From Lama guanicoe (taxonomy: Eukaryota), in the NCBI GenBank assembly GCA_013239625.1, contig MU053493.1:939793-1003792 (forward strand): 64,000 nt of DNA, in the 5' to 3' direction. Shown piece after piece: positions 43,116-55,830 of this stretch (positions within the stretch are counted from its first letter, which is position 1; each line of letters starts with the position of its first letter). A model generated the notes under the pieces. The model made no database searches, was not told the DNA's origin, and saw nothing but the letters and a program-made list of their open reading frames with translations. A program made the translations under genes and the position numbers.

Positions 43116-44243
43116 AGTAAATACCGTCTGTCCCAGTTAGGACTGGTCAGGGCTCCTTTACCTGATGATTGGTGTTTTTTAAAAATAATTTCTGGAAAAT
43201 TCCCAGCCACTATTTCTTTAACTACTGCTTTTCCCTCATTTTCTCTCTTCTTTCTACCTTGGACATCAATTAAACATTTTAAGATCTGCTCACTCTATTC
43301 TCCAAGTCACCGCGTTTCTCTTATTTTTCATCTTTCTGAGTCCCTAGGCTGTATTGCTCTGTAAATTACTTCAATGTGTCTTTCAGGTCACTGACTCTCT
43401 TGATTTGTGAATCATCTGCTCTTTAACCTCTGACACTTTTTGAATTGATGTGTAATTGACAAGCAAAAAAGCACAGATCTGGGGTGTACGGTTCAGTGAA
43501 TTTTGATGCAGATTATACCCAGGGACCCAGAATCAACACAAAGTCAGACGCAGAAACCGCTATCATCTCGAAAAGCTCCCTCATGCCCCTTTCCAGCCCA
43601 ACGCCCCTCCCAGAGGCTATCGTTTCATGGATTTGTATCCCCTCTTCTAGAACAGCAATAAATGTAATCAGACAGAAGACAGCACTCAAAAAAGTGCGGA
43701 AGAAGGGAAATCGTGACAAGCCACCCACAGTCGCTACTCGCTTTGAGCAAGATGACTGTGTTCAGACAAATCTTGGAACTGCAGGCTTAACACCAAGCAG
43801 AATGAAGCAACCAAGAAACTACCAAAATCAGCATCCAACAGGAATGCTTTTATCAGCTCCCAGCCTCTCCTCGGAGCAACCCAGCCAGCTGGCTGGCGGT
43901 CCTAACTTGTCCACCATCCATCAGGGAAAGTATAAAACAGCCCAGCCCAGAAATGCTGCAGAGACAGCCGTTTAGCGCTGACCCAGCCTCTCTGAAACAC
44001 CGACGAGATATATATATATATATAGATATAAATATAAAATATATATTCGAATCCTAAAGATTTTTTTAATGCTTGCGTAATACAAAACCAAGTCAGAATT
44101 ACAAATACTATGCCAAGTATTACTATAGCTTCTGATTACCAAAATTACTTCATTAAAAACGTTTTAGATAAATGTAATTTTTCCTAACGTATGGCATTGA
44201 ATGAGATTAAGACATTGGGGGTAGAAGTAATTTATTTTCTTTA

Positions 44244-44286
44244 TGTGTGTGTGTGTGTGTGTGTGTGTATATACATATATATATAT
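44244..44286. repeat. Compound (TG)n(TA)n microsatellite
   Basis: Direct reading. Confidence 0.85.
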
Positions 44287-44308
44287 TTTTTAAGCCCAAT
44301 ATTTTATC

Positions 44309-44424
44309 TTTTTTGGGGGGGATTAGGTTTATTTGCTTATTTTTTTAATGAAGGTAGTGGGGATTGATCCCAGAACCTCGTGCATGCGAAGCATGCAGTC
44401 TACCACTGAGCTGTACCCTCCCCC
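44309..44424 (-). mobile_element. tRNA-derived SINE (Vic-1-like)
   Basis: Reverse complement GGGGGAGGGTACAGCTCAGTGGTAGA...GAGGTTCTGGGATCAATCCCC... Confidence 0.88.
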
Positions 44425-44645
44425 TTATTTTCATACATGTCACTACTCCACAGAGGTTTATCTAATTTATAGACAGACGATGTACTGTATCTCAAAAATC
44501 ATTTGTGGCTCATACTAGGACTCCGATATCTAGCTGGAATGGAAGGAGTAATGTGATATACATGCTGGTGTTTCCCCTGACCTGAATCCATGCTCCTTCC
44601 TAAACCACGACTCACACAGAAGGATGGCATGTCCCCTCCTTAAGG

Positions 44646-44647
<2 letters not shown>

Positions 44648-44677
<30 letters not shown>
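44648..44677. repeat. (AC)n microsatellite
   Basis: Direct reading. Confidence 0.9.
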
Positions 44678-44678
<1 letters not shown>

Positions 44679-46817
44679 ATGAACAATCACACGTGCCCAC
44701 AGAGAGAACACATCACTGTTTGAGCCTTGGGCTGGCGGTAAGCATTAAACACAGCATCTCTCAAAATCCCTGGTAACAGAGTATCAGAAGGTCAGGACCT
44801 TATTAAATTCAGGGCCTGTTTTTGCTTCTTCCTGTGTCAATGTTTTGACTCAGTCCCATGGTTTCGGATTTTCCAGGCTGCCAATGTGATTTCCCCCTCT
44901 TTCTTCTTGCGCTGCCCTGAGCAGCACTGGCATCACAGGGAATCACCCCCTTCCCTCCTCCTAACGCCAGCATCCGCCTTCCTCCTTCCACCTCGTCTGT
45001 GCACAGACATTTATCAGGTGTCTCTAGATGCCCAGGAGAGGTGGCAGGACCCGCATACCATGGGGCACAGGAAACTCTTTCCAGGAGGTTCTGTGATAGA
45101 GAGATGCATCTGGAGTCCAGAAGCCGACTGAGGTCTGGGATGAGGAGGGTGGGCATCCCACGCTGAGAGGGGGCAGTTGTAAATGGCTGGGGAGAGTCAA
45201 GGTACATCAGTGAGGTGATGGACAAATGTCGAGGTGGTGAACCGCAGGTGAGAGGAGGCTGCACTGGAGAGGCTGGTCCACACCCACCTCGGGACTTGGA
45301 TCCAGAGACCAGAGGGAGGCCAGCCCTCAGAGGCAGGGATAATGAGGTTATTTTGTGTCTCCTCATCCTGCGGGCTCCCCAGGGCACCCTCAGCTGAGTG
45401 CTCCTTTCAGCCATACCTTCATTATGTACACCTGCTTTGGTCCTTTCTCTCCTCCCGTCTTTCCTCTGACTTCCCTGTCACCACTTCCCTGTCTCAGCCT
45501 GGGATGCCTGGTCTCCCCAGGGCTTGTCTTCTCTGCCTCTCTCCCTCCGCCCCTGCCCTGGAGAGCTGGGGCTCACTTCTCCTCCCTCACCAAGGCTGGG
45601 CCCCTCCTAACTCTGCCCACCAGAGTGAGGTGAACGGGCTGTTCTGGGTGCCTACACTCAGTCCCCAAGGGATCCAGCAGCCCCCACCTCCTTCTTCTCC
45701 CTCTCCCCCCACCAGAGTTGCCCACATCATGTGGAAAAGTCTCCTGGAGGGAGGAGGCAGCCAGGTGGCCCAGGTGCAGCCCCAGCTGAGGCCCTGCCCA
45801 CAGTCACTGTCACTGCCAGCCCTGGGGATGCACCCCCACATCCCAGCTCATCTGAGCCCCAGCCCACTGCCTTCCACCAGCATCTCATGAAACAGACAGG
45901 CAGCTACAAGGCCTAGTCAGCCCACAGCATGACGAGAAATCACACATTTTTTTAAGCCACTAAATTCAGGGTAGTTTGTTTGCTGCAAGATGCCCAACAC
46001 TGTTTCTACGACTGGCTTAATATCTTCTGTACCCTGCTTATTCCACACTGCATTCATGTGGACCTGAGTGCCATGTACTTCGCAGTTACTTCAGATTCAA
46101 GGTCCCATATCTTGTTTCTCAGAAAAAAACTAAGGCAGAAAAGGAAGCAGCTTGGACAGACCCCATGATGGAGGCTGTGGACGCATCAATAGGGATACGG
46201 GAGGGGAAGGAAGGAGGAGGGCGGTTACCTGGAGCTTCAGGGGAAAGACGAGGGGAAAGGAGGGACGTGCATCATTCCTGGGGGCACCTGTCAGACAGAG
46301 ACGGCTGGATCTTTGCTCCTTGAAACTCAGTTATGTGTAGAACACTTAGTAATTCATTAGTCAGAATATTAGAAACTCTGAACATTTTATTTATTGGGGT
46401 TCAAGGTCTGACAGATAAGCCATAAGAACCATCTCTTATAGCCTCATTATTAAGATTCTATCATATTATAATATTTATTCTTGATTCCAGATGAAAAAAA
46501 AAACTGAATTGAGAACAGTGAAAAACCTGATTGGCATTTCTTTTTAAATCGCCAGACCATCTTACTTGAAGCAGAAATCCTCCTCATCATGCCTGTAGAC
46601 ACACAACTATGTTACTATTTACTCTCTGCCGAGTACTACCCTAAGCATGCTGTGTACACCCGCAATCATCCTTCCAAACTGTGGGAAGATGGCATTTCCC
46701 CCGTTGTGCAAAGGAAGCATCTAAGATTTAGAGACATAGTAAATATCATGGCCAAGATTTACACCCAGACTTGTTCGATCATAATACTTTCCCTTCAGCA
46801 GTCAACTGCAATGCCCC

Positions 46818-47294
46818 TGTTATAGGCTGAACTGTCCCCCCAAAGTCACAGGTCAAAGTCCTAATTCACATGCTGCTGTACCTCTGAGCGTAACTGTATT
46901 TGGACGTAGAGTTGGTTTTTTTTTTTTTTTGATTGATGTATAGTCAGTTATAATGTGTCAATTTCTGGTGCACAACATAATGTTTCAGTCAAAGAGGTAA
47001 CTAAGTTAAAAGGAGGTCACCAGAGTGAGCCCGAATCCCATATGACTAATGTCTTTATAAGAAGAAATTAGGACATAGACATGCACAGAGGGAACACCAG
47101 CTAAAGACACAGGGAGAAGACGATCGTCTGCAAGCTAAAGAGAGAGGTCTCAGAGCAAACCTACCCTGAAGATAACTTGATCTTGGACCTCCATCCTCCA
47201 AAAGAAAATCAATTTCTTGGAGAAAATAAATGTTCATTGTTTAAGTCACCCAATCTGTGCTATTTTGTTACAGCACCCTGGGGAAACTAAGACA
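46818..47294 (+). mobile_element. MaLR solo LTR (MLT1-like) with a nested minus-strand L1 tail at about 46916-46990
   Basis: TGTTATAGGCTGAAC...AAACTAAGACA; perfect 5-bp TSD GCCCC; poly-T and L1 3' end inside. Confidence 0.85.
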
Positions 47295-48440
47295 GCCCCC
47301 AGGAAACAGACGGGCCAAAGAGGAAACATGGGAACTCACATGTTTCTGCTCCAGAGGGGACCACTTCCTCCGACTTCAGACATCTTGCAAAGCTCAGCCG
47401 TCTGAACTTACTTAAGAAGAATAGTGGCCAATCAGAAGGGGATATTCTTCTAGAGACAGGCTCAGTGATTCAAATGGAATGTGATCATCAGTGAGAAAGA
47501 CAGAGGAAGAATTAAAAGTTGATCCAAGATGCGGAATCTCCCAACCTTCTGGAAGTAGCCAGTGTAGGACAAACCTGTCAGCTGGTCCCGGGGGGATCAC
47601 CGTGACCGTGACCGAGGGCAGTGGCCGATGTTTCCTGAATCAGGAAGGCACCCGGCTTCCTTCTCCTCTAGGAGGGACCAAGGCAGCAGTCATCCCTGAG
47701 AAATCCCTCTCCTGTCTCCCAAGTTGGTTATCACATTCTAAACCTTATTGGAAAGAAGAGGTTCTGGGTTCCCTTACTTGACTAAGCAGTTTGGCAAATC
47801 ATTTCAGTGCTTCAAGAAACTTAGCCTGGATACCCGCCTTGAGGGCTTCTGCTCTACAAATCAGATGGCCTTGGATGACTGCTGAGTCGCTCCTCTCCAG
47901 ACTTGGGGAGGACAATCAGAACACGACCGCTCTCCGCCCTTCTTCTGTCAGGTACGTCTTTCCGAGGGTGACTAGAGAAGACAGTCTCCCACACCCAGCA
48001 GCCCCGTAGAGGACTCTCTCAATGCACATCGGGCAGCACATCAAATGAGGACCTGGGTCAAAACTGTGGACTTCAGCCAGGCACCCCACTGACCAGACAC
48101 TTTTCATGCTGTGGCTGTAACTGCCATAATTCGGGGCAAAGGGACTGCCACATGCAAAATGTCTCAGTACCAGTACATCCACAGGTACCTACACTGCTGT
48201 AACCACAGCCCTACAGACACAGCCATCGGGGGCAGCGTGCTGAGACATGCAGGCTTGCGTGCCAGGGCAGAGAACACTGGACACAAGACAGGGCTGCTTC
48301 TTACAAAGCCTTGTGGGGCTCAACAGTCCCACAGTATAGATAACATATCCAGCATTTCTATAAATGACTCAAATATCCTTCATTGTTAATCATGCGCAAG
48401 AATGAAATAATTTTTTTCCTCTTTTGTCCACTGTCCTTAC

Positions 48441-48550
48441 CTGTTATAGAGGAGAATGTCTGGCTTCCAAATCTGGCCATCTGGGAAACGAACCGTCTTC
48501 ACTCCCGGGTACTCTGACATGTTCCATTGTAAATAGTGATCTGTCCAAGA
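48441..48550 (-). CDS. CHRNA7: CHRNA7 exon 4 (110 bp), [36 protein letters not shown](S)
   Basis: tttgtcag|TCTTGG...TATAACAG|gtaagg; WKPDILLYN loop A motif; gactaat branch-point-like motif upstream of the acceptor; not in the supplied ORF track. Confidence 0.97.
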
Positions 48551-50499
48551 CTGACAAACACAGGCGGCGGCATTAGTCTGTAGCACTTGGCTCCCTTGCT
48601 TACTAATAGATCTTATGAGAGATTATTAGATAAGTTCAAACTAAAAAGAGTGCTAGACACTTATTTACATAATTGAGTTGCTATCTGTAAAATATATGGA
48701 AACTGGAAATTAAATAACCCTTTACAAAATGACTGTGAACAGCATAAGAATCCCATTTAAGATCCTGTTGTCACCATGACCACAGTCAGAGGGTAGCATC
48801 AGAGTTAATTCCAGTCCCCTGCCTGCCCCCAAGCCTTCCCCTACCACAGCAGACGGGTTTTTTTTTTCTTTTTTTCCTAGCCAAATGAATAACTATTTTA
48901 CTTTCAAAGTTTTCCACTGTAAGGACACTTTAGAAAAATAAATGCATTCTTTCAATTAGAATAAGAACCAGGAAGAAAAAAAATGGAGAATATTTATTGC
49001 CATGAAAGAGCTTCGTGCAGCTGCAAGGGTACCTTTCCCACATCTCTAAGGATGTGTTTTTGGACTTGAATTATTTTTTTTCATGGAGGAATAGTGCTTC
49101 TGACACCACAACTCAAAAATGCCAACAACTGCCTTGGTGGCAACACACTGAATCAGGACACCAGGGTACAGGTGAAGACTCAGGAAATAGTCATAAACAC
49201 GTGAACACGGGTTCTTCTCTCTGGTGCCAGGCCTGATGTTGGTTCTTCAGGGACCTTTGCAAAAGGAAGGCCCACATCTAGGGTCCTCTGTCCCAGAACC
49301 ATGCACACCGGTGCTACCTGGGGTCAACTGACCGTGTAAAGACTGCTCAGGTAGGATCCCACCTGCACTGCTGTACAACCAGCGTCACCCACAGGGTCAC
49401 GGGGCTGCCAGGGTTGGGCCCAGCAGCTCCTCCAGGTGTTCCATCATCAGAGAAGACCCCAGTAAAGGCCCCCATCCTGTACCCAGGACCCCTGGGATCA
49501 TCTGCTCTGGAGTTCAGACTATCTTAGGCTTAAAAAGGTATGTGATGTAACAGCCTCAGCTGGGACTGGGGCATCTCCCCATAATCAAACACATTGTTAT
49601 TGCAAATATATTTGCAAACATGCGATTATTGCAGCAAACTTGCATATTTATGCTGAGAAAATAAATGTCTCAATCGCGTATCCATTTCAGTTTGATTTTA
49701 GACCCAAAGAATTTGATATAAAGTTATAAAAACATCAAAGGAAAACAATAAAAACAAACAAAACCCTTGTCATCTTCAGAGCTATTGAGATTTGGGAATC
49801 CCAGCCAAGGGATTGTGGGCCTAGACCTATTGAAACTGGCAATAGAGGTCAGAGGGCATGTCCTGGAGATCCCACGATCCTCTGCAGAGGACAGGGGAGC
49901 ACCCTCATTCTGGGACTCCCTGAAGTCCACAAGAGGTGGAGTAACAGCATTTACAGCCACGGACCTCTGAGACTGAAGATGTGTTACGGTGTAATGTGCT
50001 GATGCAACACCTGGGGCATTGAGGATAGAGACCCACCCCTCTCAGCTTTCTAATTAGACATGTATGGTTGAGAAGAGAAGACTGCCCAGAAAGGGCCAGT
50101 CTTGTTCTGGTTGTTTTGCATAAGCCCTTCCACACTGAGCACCTGTGCTTCCCTTACCACATTTTCAGATCCCACCCTGGGATGCTTCTGGGTTGGAAGC
50201 CAATTATTACGGAGCCTGACCCTGTCACTATCACCACCACATGCAGAGCAGGGCTTTAGGGCCCCCAGAACTGCCCAGGAAGGTAGGTGTGGCCGGCAGA
50301 CACCCTGCCTGCTGACATGATGGGAGAGCTTGGTCCCTCAAACATAAACCTCTCCTGATGGCACCATATCTGAGCAGCAGGAAGCCTCCCTGGCAATTCC
50401 TCATCCCCTCTCGTCTTCCCTCCTTGAGCTCCTATTCAGCTGCATGTGCCCCATGGGCACGCATCCCAGCCATCTTGCTTGCTCAGTGTCGTGCGTGTG

Positions 50500-50990
50500 T
50501 GAGCTGTGCTCACCAGGATGCAGGGATATCAGCGTGATTACTATTCCTATTTACAAGAGAAAACCGGAGCAGCGAGAAGCAACATCTTTTTCGCCAGTCA
50601 CAGAGTCAGGGCTCAGAACTTCATTATCTGACTTCAAGGGGGGTGACCCCTCAGGCTCTACCATGTGTGGTGGGTTCCTCTCACCCAATGTGTTTGCATG
50701 GGCAGATTATGCACCACAACAAGGGAGGCTGCATCTTCCCTGGAGGTGCCACCCTCCTGCTCACACTGCTCTCCCTTAATCCAAAGCCAAGTTGGGTCTC
50801 TCCCACCCTCACAGCAGAAAGCGGGGCTGCAGGGAGCTTTGGCATCAGACAGACTTGGGTTTGTAACCAAGACTCCAGCAGGGAAGAGCTGCGTGGGCTG
50901 GAGCAAGTGAATCACCCTCTCTGAGCTGCAGTTCCCTCACATGTGCCCCACACCATCGGGCGCTGTAAAGATGAAATAAGAATACGTGTA
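50500..50990. mobile_element. Two MIR-like SINE remnants in opposite orientation
   Basis: attcctatttaca...gaaaccggag...ctgacttcaa; ggctttggcatcagacagacttgggttt...gcaagtgaatcaccctctctgagc..cagttccctca. Confidence 0.5.
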
Positions 50991-51587
50991 GTGGCAGGTG
51001 AGTCACACGGCCCTGGGAGGCATGTGATACAGAATGGTTTTAAAAGGAGGAAAGTTCCCCCCATCTCACAAAATCCTAGAGGATGTGAGTGCTGTAGTAA
51101 CTGAGTTGCAGCCAAAGATGGAGAGAGCGAGGGCCAACTCAGGGTTGGGAAGCAGAGTGGGGACCTTGGTGCCAAGAGTCCTGGGAGCAGGAGCAGAGCT
51201 CAGGGGGCCCCCTGAAATCTTTACAAATTTCCTAAGAATGGATGTGGAAAACAGCCGGGAAACCATCATATTCCACAGAGAGATTGTCTCTTATCAAAGC
51301 ACTCACTGCTCATTTAGCTTGTAGGGCCCCGGAGGGCAGAGGCACTGAGCAAACTCTTTGTACAGACAGCAGCTGGCACGGTTTCCACACAGGGGGCACC
51401 TGGAAACAAGCACAGACCCAGAAAGGCCAGTGCTCCCAGAGTTTCACATCAGAAGAGGCTGTGCTGTGCCTTCTCTCCCGATTTCTGTGTGATCTCTTCT
51501 CCTTGAGTGTTCAAGATAAGATTATGCAGGGTGGTTAAGGGAACACACAAGCGAGGAAGGGGCCCTTGATCTAAAATGCACAGCAGG

Positions 51588-52194
51588 CAATGTTCACAGC
51601 AGCACTATTCACAACAGCCAAGACATGGAAGCAACCTGGACGTCCATCGACAGATGCCTGGATAAAGAAGATGTGGTACATTTATACAATGGAATACTAT
51701 GCAGCCTTGAGAAGAATGAAATAATACCATTTGCAGCAATATGGATGGACCTAGAGATAATCATACTAAGTGAAATAAGTCAGACAGAGAAATACAAATA
51801 TCATATGATATCACTTGTATGTGGAATCTAAAAAACGATACAAATGAATTTATTTACAAAACAGAAACAGACTCACAGACATACCAAACAAACTTACGGT
51901 TACCAGGGGGAGTGGGTGGAGGGATAAATCGGGAGTTAGGGATTTGCAGATACATACTGCTATATATAAAATAAACAACAAGGACTTCCTGTACAGCACA
52001 GGGAACTATATTCAATATTTGTAATAACCTATAATGGAAAAGAATCTCAAAAAGAATACATACATATATATGTATATTTATATATATATATATATATTTA
52101 TACACATGTGTATAACTGAATCACTTTGCTATGCACCTGAAACTAATATGATATTTAAATCAACTATACTTCAATAAAAGAAAAAAAATTTAAA
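51588..52194 (+). mobile_element. LINE-1 3' end with internal (TA)n
   Basis: caatgttcacagcagcactattcacaacagccaagacatggaagcaacc...ttcaataaaa; candidate TSD TAAAATGCA. Confidence 0.88.
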
Positions 52195-52412
52195 TAAAAT
52201 GCAAGTAGAAATCTCAATTCTTTCATGGGTCTGAGAATTGGCCCTATTAGAACCTGCCTGGGGCCACAGGAAACTCTTTTTAAGCACATATACACATATA
52301 TGCATGGGGATATTTAGAGCAAGAGAGAAAGAAAAAAAAAAAGAGCAGAGAGTGAGAGCAAATGAATGAAGCAGAAGAAAGGGAACGTTTCCTTTGTTTA
52401 CAAGAAGTACAT

Positions 52413-53230
52413 TATGGTATAATAAGAAATGTATTTGAGGGGGTTATAGCTCAGTGGTAGAGTGTGTGTTTAGCATGCACAAGGTCCTGGGTTCAATACA
52501 CAGCACCTCCATTAAAAAATAAATACATAAATAAAACTAATTACCCCCTCCCCAGATTTAATTTAAAAAAATAAGAGGGAATTGTTTGAAAAAAAAAGAA
52601 AGAAAGAAATATATTTGGTCTTTTTTCTTGGTTCCTAGCAAAGAGCTCCTAAAACCCTTGGAACTTCCTGAGTGATGGGAGTGTCTTTCAAGGAGCACAT
52701 CTTTTATTCTATTGAGCTGACTTCAGGTGGCACCCCCCACAGGGCTTCAGGCTGGCCGGATGTAGCAGGTCACCAGAAAGACCAGCCCTGGGTTAGAGGC
52801 TGGGAACTTTCAGCCCTGCCCCATCCCTATCTCAGAGAAGAGGAGCAAGGCTGCAGATGGGGTTATGAAACTCTCGAACCATGAGGTTCAGAGCTCCCAG
52901 GCTGGTGAACATATTACGGTGCCAGGATGCAGATGGCGTGGAAGCTCCCCTCCTCCCCACACACCTGCCCTGCATCTCTTCCATTCAGCTGTTTCTGAGT
53001 GGGATCCTTTATAACAACAGTCAACTGAGGTCAAGTGGGTTCTTGAGTTCCAGGAGCTGTTCTGGAAAATGACTAAATGTCTGAATTCAACCTCAGCTGG
53101 ACAGTCTGAAGTAGAGGCAGGTGTGGGACTGAGCCCTTACTTTATAGGATCTGATGCTAACTCTCAGAACAGAACCAAATTGCTGGATACTGTGTCCGAA
53201 GCATCGGAGAGCTGGCTGTGGGTTGCCAAC
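52413..53230 (+). mobile_element. MER21-like ERV LTR, interrupted by a SINE
   Basis: tatttggtct...agagctcctaaaacccttggaacttcctgagtgat...ggtcaccagaaagacc...gggaactttcagccc...tgggactgagccctta. Confidence 0.7.
52438..52603 (+). mobile_element. tRNA-derived SINE (Vic-1-like)
   Basis: A and B boxes; TSD AAGAAAT(G/A)TATTTG at 52424-52437 and 52604-52617. Confidence 0.9.
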
Positions 53231-53800
53231 ACCAAGTACCTGGTGTAGGTTGACACCTCACATAGACACACTCCCAACCTTCATTCCGTCAACTATTTCA
53301 ATCTCCGAGGAAGGGAGTGGCCCCCTTCTTCCTTCTGCCATAAAACTTTCTTCTCTCAGCGGGACATAATGATTGAAACACCATCCTTAACTGTGGGTTA
53401 CTCTTGTGGCTCTTGGCAAGCCACTGATCTCTTACCTATGAGCAGTGTCCGGCATTTCTATTTATCAGAGAGGAGAAACCAACAGGGTCTCCTCCTTTTC
53501 TGGGTCCCCCTCACATGGTCTGGTTCAACACCTTCCACAGAGCAGGTGTTCGGAAAGAAGAGTCAAATAAGTAAATGAAATTAAAAAGGTAAATGAGACT
53601 AAAAGAAGTGAAGCTGCAGATGCTCCTTGCAAATGCACATCTTAATTGGAAATAAGCTGGGCTTGGGAGAAATGTAGAGGTCCCTGACGACATCTTCCCA
53701 AGCAAGGATGTTTATCTGTGGAGCATCTGAACTCAAGGCAGTAACTAATAATCCAGCTACATCTTCCCTGGAAACCAACACTCTTTAAGAAATGCCAAAT

Positions 53801-54080
53801 AGGTGGGGAGGGTATAGCTCAGTGGTAGAGTGCGTGCTTAGCACACACGAGGTCCTGGGTTCAATCCCCAGTACTTTAATTAAATAAATAAATAAAATCT
53901 AATTACCCTCCCCCCCAAAAAATTAAAAAATAAGTTTAAAAAAAAAGTTTCAAAGAAAAGTTTCAAAGAAAAAAAATGTTTAAAAGAAAAAAATTAAAAA
54001 ATAAGTTTAAAAAAAGTTTAAAAGAATTCAGGGGGAGGGTACCCCCCTCAAAAAAAAACCCCTAAAAAAAACCAGAACAA
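53801..54080 (+). mobile_element. tRNA-derived SINE (Vic-1-like) with an expanded composite tail
   Basis: Near-consensus head with CpGs retained; TSD AAATGCCAAAT at 53790-53800 and 54081-54091. Confidence 0.92.
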
Positions 54081-54597
54081 AAATGCCAAATCATATACCT
54101 TCCTGAAGATCAATCACTTATTGGAGGCTAAAAAATAGAGGCCACAGGAGACAGACCTGTCCATGACCTGACATCATCCCAGGAGCAAATTCAGTATCTC
54201 TCTCTATAAGAAAAATGTCCACATTTTAGAGGGATGTTTTTAGTGGGCACAAGAAAGGGGGAGTTTTATGTAAAAAGAAAAGGATTTGCATCAGCCCCCA
54301 GAATTCCCAGAGCTTTCCCTTACCCGACAGTGTTCAAATGTTCTGTGGGAACTGGCTTTATTTTGTATCATGGTATCTCAGCCGTTCCTAGGTTCACCGT
54401 TAGGCTGTGTTTCACTCTATTCCACAGAGGCATTCAGTGCCTGCTGTGGTCAAGAGCTGGGGTGAGAGTTGTGGGGACATTAGGAGTCCGGCCCTTCTGG
54501 CACAGAAGTGCCAGTGTGGGTGGGAGATCTACAGTCCAGATAAACAGTGCAGAGGGTCACATGGTGACAAGTGCTTTGGAAGCAAACCGAAGCAGGC

Positions 54598-54943
54598 TGT
54601 TATGGACTGCGTGTTTCTGTTCCCCCTGAAATCCCCAAGTTGAAACCCTAGTGGAGATGGAACTCGGAGGGGGTGATTAGGTCATGAGAGTGGAGCCCCC
54701 ATGAAAGAGATTAGTGCCCTTTTATGAAAAGGCCAGAGAGCTAGCTCACTCTGTCCATAATGTGAGGACATGACATAAAGGATGCTGTCTACAACCCAGA
54801 AAAGGGCCCTCAGCAGAACCTTGGCAGCCACACTGGCAACCATGATGTGGACTTCCCGCACCAGAACTGTGAGACATGACTGTCGGTTGCTGATAGGTCA
54901 CCAGTTTATGGTATTTTGTTGCAGCAGCCAGAGCTAAGATACA
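54598..54943 (+). mobile_element. MaLR solo LTR (MLT1A-like)
   Basis: TGTTATGGACTG...ggtcatgagagtggagcccccatg...ccagaactgtgaga...tatggtattttgttgcagcagcc...aCA. Confidence 0.82.
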
Positions 54944-54999
54944 AGGTGAAGAGTAGAGTGGGCTGGGGAGGGCGGGGCTTGGGACAGCACATAGGAACT

Positions 55000-55830
55000 C
55001 AGAAAGACCTCAGTGGAAAGGTGGTCTCTAGGAAGAGGAAGGAAGAAGTGGGAGAGAAATCCAGTGGTTCTTGGGAAAACAGCCTTCCAGACAAGGGAGC
55101 AAGTGCAAAGGTCCTGAGGCAGGTGTGCCTTGAGAGATGTGTCAGGACATCATGGAGGGGATGCAGGGGTCAGGCAGGCAGGGAGTCAAAAGCCACTTCA
55201 AGGACTTCAGCTCATATGCCATCAATGGAGACAGGGTCCCGGGGTGTGGGGGATCTGAGCCAAGGAGGATCAAGGCTTAAACTTCACCTTCTCTTACTAG
55301 GACCACACTATCTGCTACACTGAGAACAGACACCACCGGGGCAGGTAAGGGCTGCCCCAGGAAGCCTGGCTAGGAGGCTCTGTAATCACACAGGTAAGAA
55401 ATGATCCTGCTTTGACTAGGGTGGAAGCCATAGGGTGGATGCACAGTGGTTAGTTCCTGGGTCAATTTTGAAGGTAGGGCTTCCAGAATTTGCTGCTCGA
55501 TCAGATGCAAATGTGAAAGATAAAAGTTATGGGTGACTCTGAGGCTTTCAGTCTGAGCAAACAGAACCATTTATTTATTTATTCGGATGGAGAAGCCTGT
55601 GGAAGGGGCACAGGTGAAAGCGTGAGGAGGGGTGGTTTGTAGCACAGTGGTTTTAAGAGTATTAAACATCCACGTGGAGACCCCGGAGAGGCAGTCAGGC
55701 TGGTGCCGTTGAACCACAGACGTTGCTGCAAACCAGAAGACTGGGTCCTCCAACTTCTGGGATGATGACTTGCAGGAAAGATATAAAGGCACAGCAGAAG
55801 GGACTCAGGAGTCACCAGTGAGTCAGCAGG
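55000..55830 (-). mobile_element. LINE-2 remnant
   Basis: Purine-rich L2 motifs (gtgcaaaggtcctgaggcagg, ttttgaaggtag...agaatttgctg, ggtgactctgaggctttcagtctgagcaa); boundaries approximate. Confidence 0.55.

Noticed and set aside
44809..45890. Long ORFs of 201 aa and 182 aa, and similar ORFs elsewhere (43484..43975, 15737..16249)
   Set aside because: No recognisable domain, low-complexity P/S/G/L-rich composition and overlapping frames on both strands; expected by chance in GC-richer or repeat-derived intronic DNA.
14561..48440. Cassette exon in intron 4 (a rodent 'exon 4a' variant has been described)
   Set aside because: I could not identify a matching exon by eye; this needs alignment or RNA-seq.
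53805..53880. tRNA genes (also at 7876, 31662, 44309, 52438, 58157)
   Set aside because: Each has an A-rich tail and shared non-tRNA 3' sequence, and most have TSDs; these are SINEs, not tRNA genes.
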